DNA of 64,000 nucleotides from Felis catus (Eukaryota): assembly GCF_018350175.1 (NCBI RefSeq), contig NC_058383.1:13518001-13582000 (forward strand). Direction: 5' to 3'. Below are positions 62,501-64,000 of the stretch, in pieces (position 1 is the first letter of the stretch; every line of letters starts with the position of its first letter). A program made the position numbers and the translations under genes. The notes under the pieces were generated by a model. The model saw nothing but the letters and a program-made list of their open reading frames with translations. It was not told the DNA's origin and searched no databases.

Positions 62501-62769
62501 GTAGCACTTCCGTGGATTATTTCCTTCCATCTGGAGAGGTGACTACTATTATCCCTATTTCATTGATCAGAAGGAGACATTGAACCTGAAAGAGGATATG
62601 TAATTCACCCAAGAGGACTTTAAGGATTTTATTTTAACTTCCCTATGACCAAGATCGGTTTTCCATTTGAACGACATTCCTTAGGAACCTTATTTTTATG
62701 GGTGAGCATGATGCTGACGCACAGATCTGGTCCCCAGTTTGGGGATATTTAGGTTCATGGAGCCTGTTT

Positions 62770-62985
62770 TGGACTGTATTGGACAGAGATTTAGAAATAC
62801 CTTGGTTCAAATGCCTGGAGCTTCTTACAAGTATGTGACTCTTGGCAACTTACTTAATTCTTCAATTCTCACCTTCTCACTGTAAAATTGGAATTCTAAA
62901 ACCTACACAGTCGGGTGTGGGGAGGGTGGGGAGGTGTTACAGTGTTAAAGAAGGCAATGTATATCAAGTGTATCATAGCATATTT
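62770..62985 (+). mobile_element. MIR
   Basis: 'ccttggttcaaatgcctgg...cttacaagtatgtgactcttggcaacttacttaa...ctcactgtaaaattggaat'. Confidence 0.8.
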
Positions 62986-62999
62986 CCTTGCTTTTCCTA

Positions 63000-63385
63000 T
63001 GTGCTGACATTGGCCATATAAGGTACTTCTGGGTTGTTTCTTAACTGCATGACAAAATTTGTAAACAAATTTCTATAGACATTTTTGCTCCGTTTTGGAT
63101 AAATATATGGCAGAGAAGAGCTGAGCTAACTAGTACGAAAAACGTTGAGGTTCTTGATGCATATCACAGAATCATCTTCCCGGTAGGAAAGAGACGTTGC
63201 TCCAGAAGTGGACGAGTGTCCGCCTCACCACAACCACGCCAACATCGCGTATCGGCATTTACATTTTTTTTCAACAGTGATAGATTAGAAAAAGAAGTAC
63301 CTTTTTTAATCTGCATTTCTTTGATGATTACTGAAGTTGAGCACTTTTTTTCATGTTTATTAGCCATTTCTACTTCCTCTCCCAT
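63000..63385 (-). mobile_element. Old L1 fragment (ORF2 C-terminal region)
   Basis: ORF 63164-63385 'EMANKHEKKCSTSVIIKEMQIK...TRCWRGCGE' matches L1 ORF2p MANKHMK.CSTSL.IREMQIK...RCWRGCGE. Confidence 0.8.
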
Positions 63386-64000
63386 GAACTGACCTCTCTG
63401 CTTTTGGAAGGAAGAATGAGTCTCCGAGGGCTAGCTAGAGAAAGAGATGCTCCGGTGATCATTCCCGCAGAGCCCTGGGGCCAAGAGTTGCAGGGGAGAG
63501 AATTAAGAGCCTCCCGGGACTGCCAAGTGACTGTGGAACAGCCTCGTTCCTAAACCTGAGTGAGCGTTCTACACAGTCAACCTGCAATCAACATTGGCTC
63601 GCTACCTTTTTATTTCCTCTGTTAAGAAATAGTTTGGATTTTTGAGAGGGGCTCTTCGCATTCCACTCAAGCCAGTGCTTATAATTCTTTTCTGGGTAGA
63701 CGACCAGCATGCCTGTTCAGTTTGGGTTTTTTTGCTCGGAGAGTCCCATTGGCTCACAGCGCATCGCTGTAGATCTTGCCTGAGTCTTTTACGATTGCTG
63801 CCATCCAGCCAGGGGCTGTGACTGCTCTGTAACCTTCTTAGATTTAAATCTGTTGCTCGCGTTCTCCTCATAGTGTTACAGAGCAGCAGAGCCCATCCAT
63901 ACTGATGTCTTAATATCATTCTCTCCTCCTTGGATTTATAGAGTAAAATAAACCCGCTGCCATAGAAATGCTTATTGATTACTGAAGTACATAATAAAGT

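Overview
This is non-coding mammalian genomic DNA from a feliform carnivore, most likely a felid: it carries eight tRNA-derived CAN-SINEs, two of them young SINEC_Fc-like copies with perfect target-site duplications (TSDs). I find no supportable protein-coding exon, RNA gene, CRISPR array or prokaryote-type system. The only ORF-track entries with recognisable homology are decayed LINE-1 ORF2 fragments. The window is a mosaic of L1 fragments, ancient L2/MIR/CR1 remnants, hAT DNA-transposon relics (MER5, MER33, MER58, MER115-like), an MLT1 LTR piece and microsatellites, with repeat-poor blocks that look like enhancers or alternative promoters. About ten of eleven L1 fragments are on the - strand, which suggests a large intron of a gene transcribed on +; I cannot identify that gene. 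The best observations are a 3'-truncated, tail-less CAN-SINE with its own TSD, a head-to-head inverted SINE pair 29 bp apart, a candidate alternative first exon near 18.3 kb and a CRE/ETS/CTCF-like motif cluster at 50.6-51.0 kb. Repeat family names and ancient-repeat boundaries are by-eye matches to remembered consensus sequences and are approximate.
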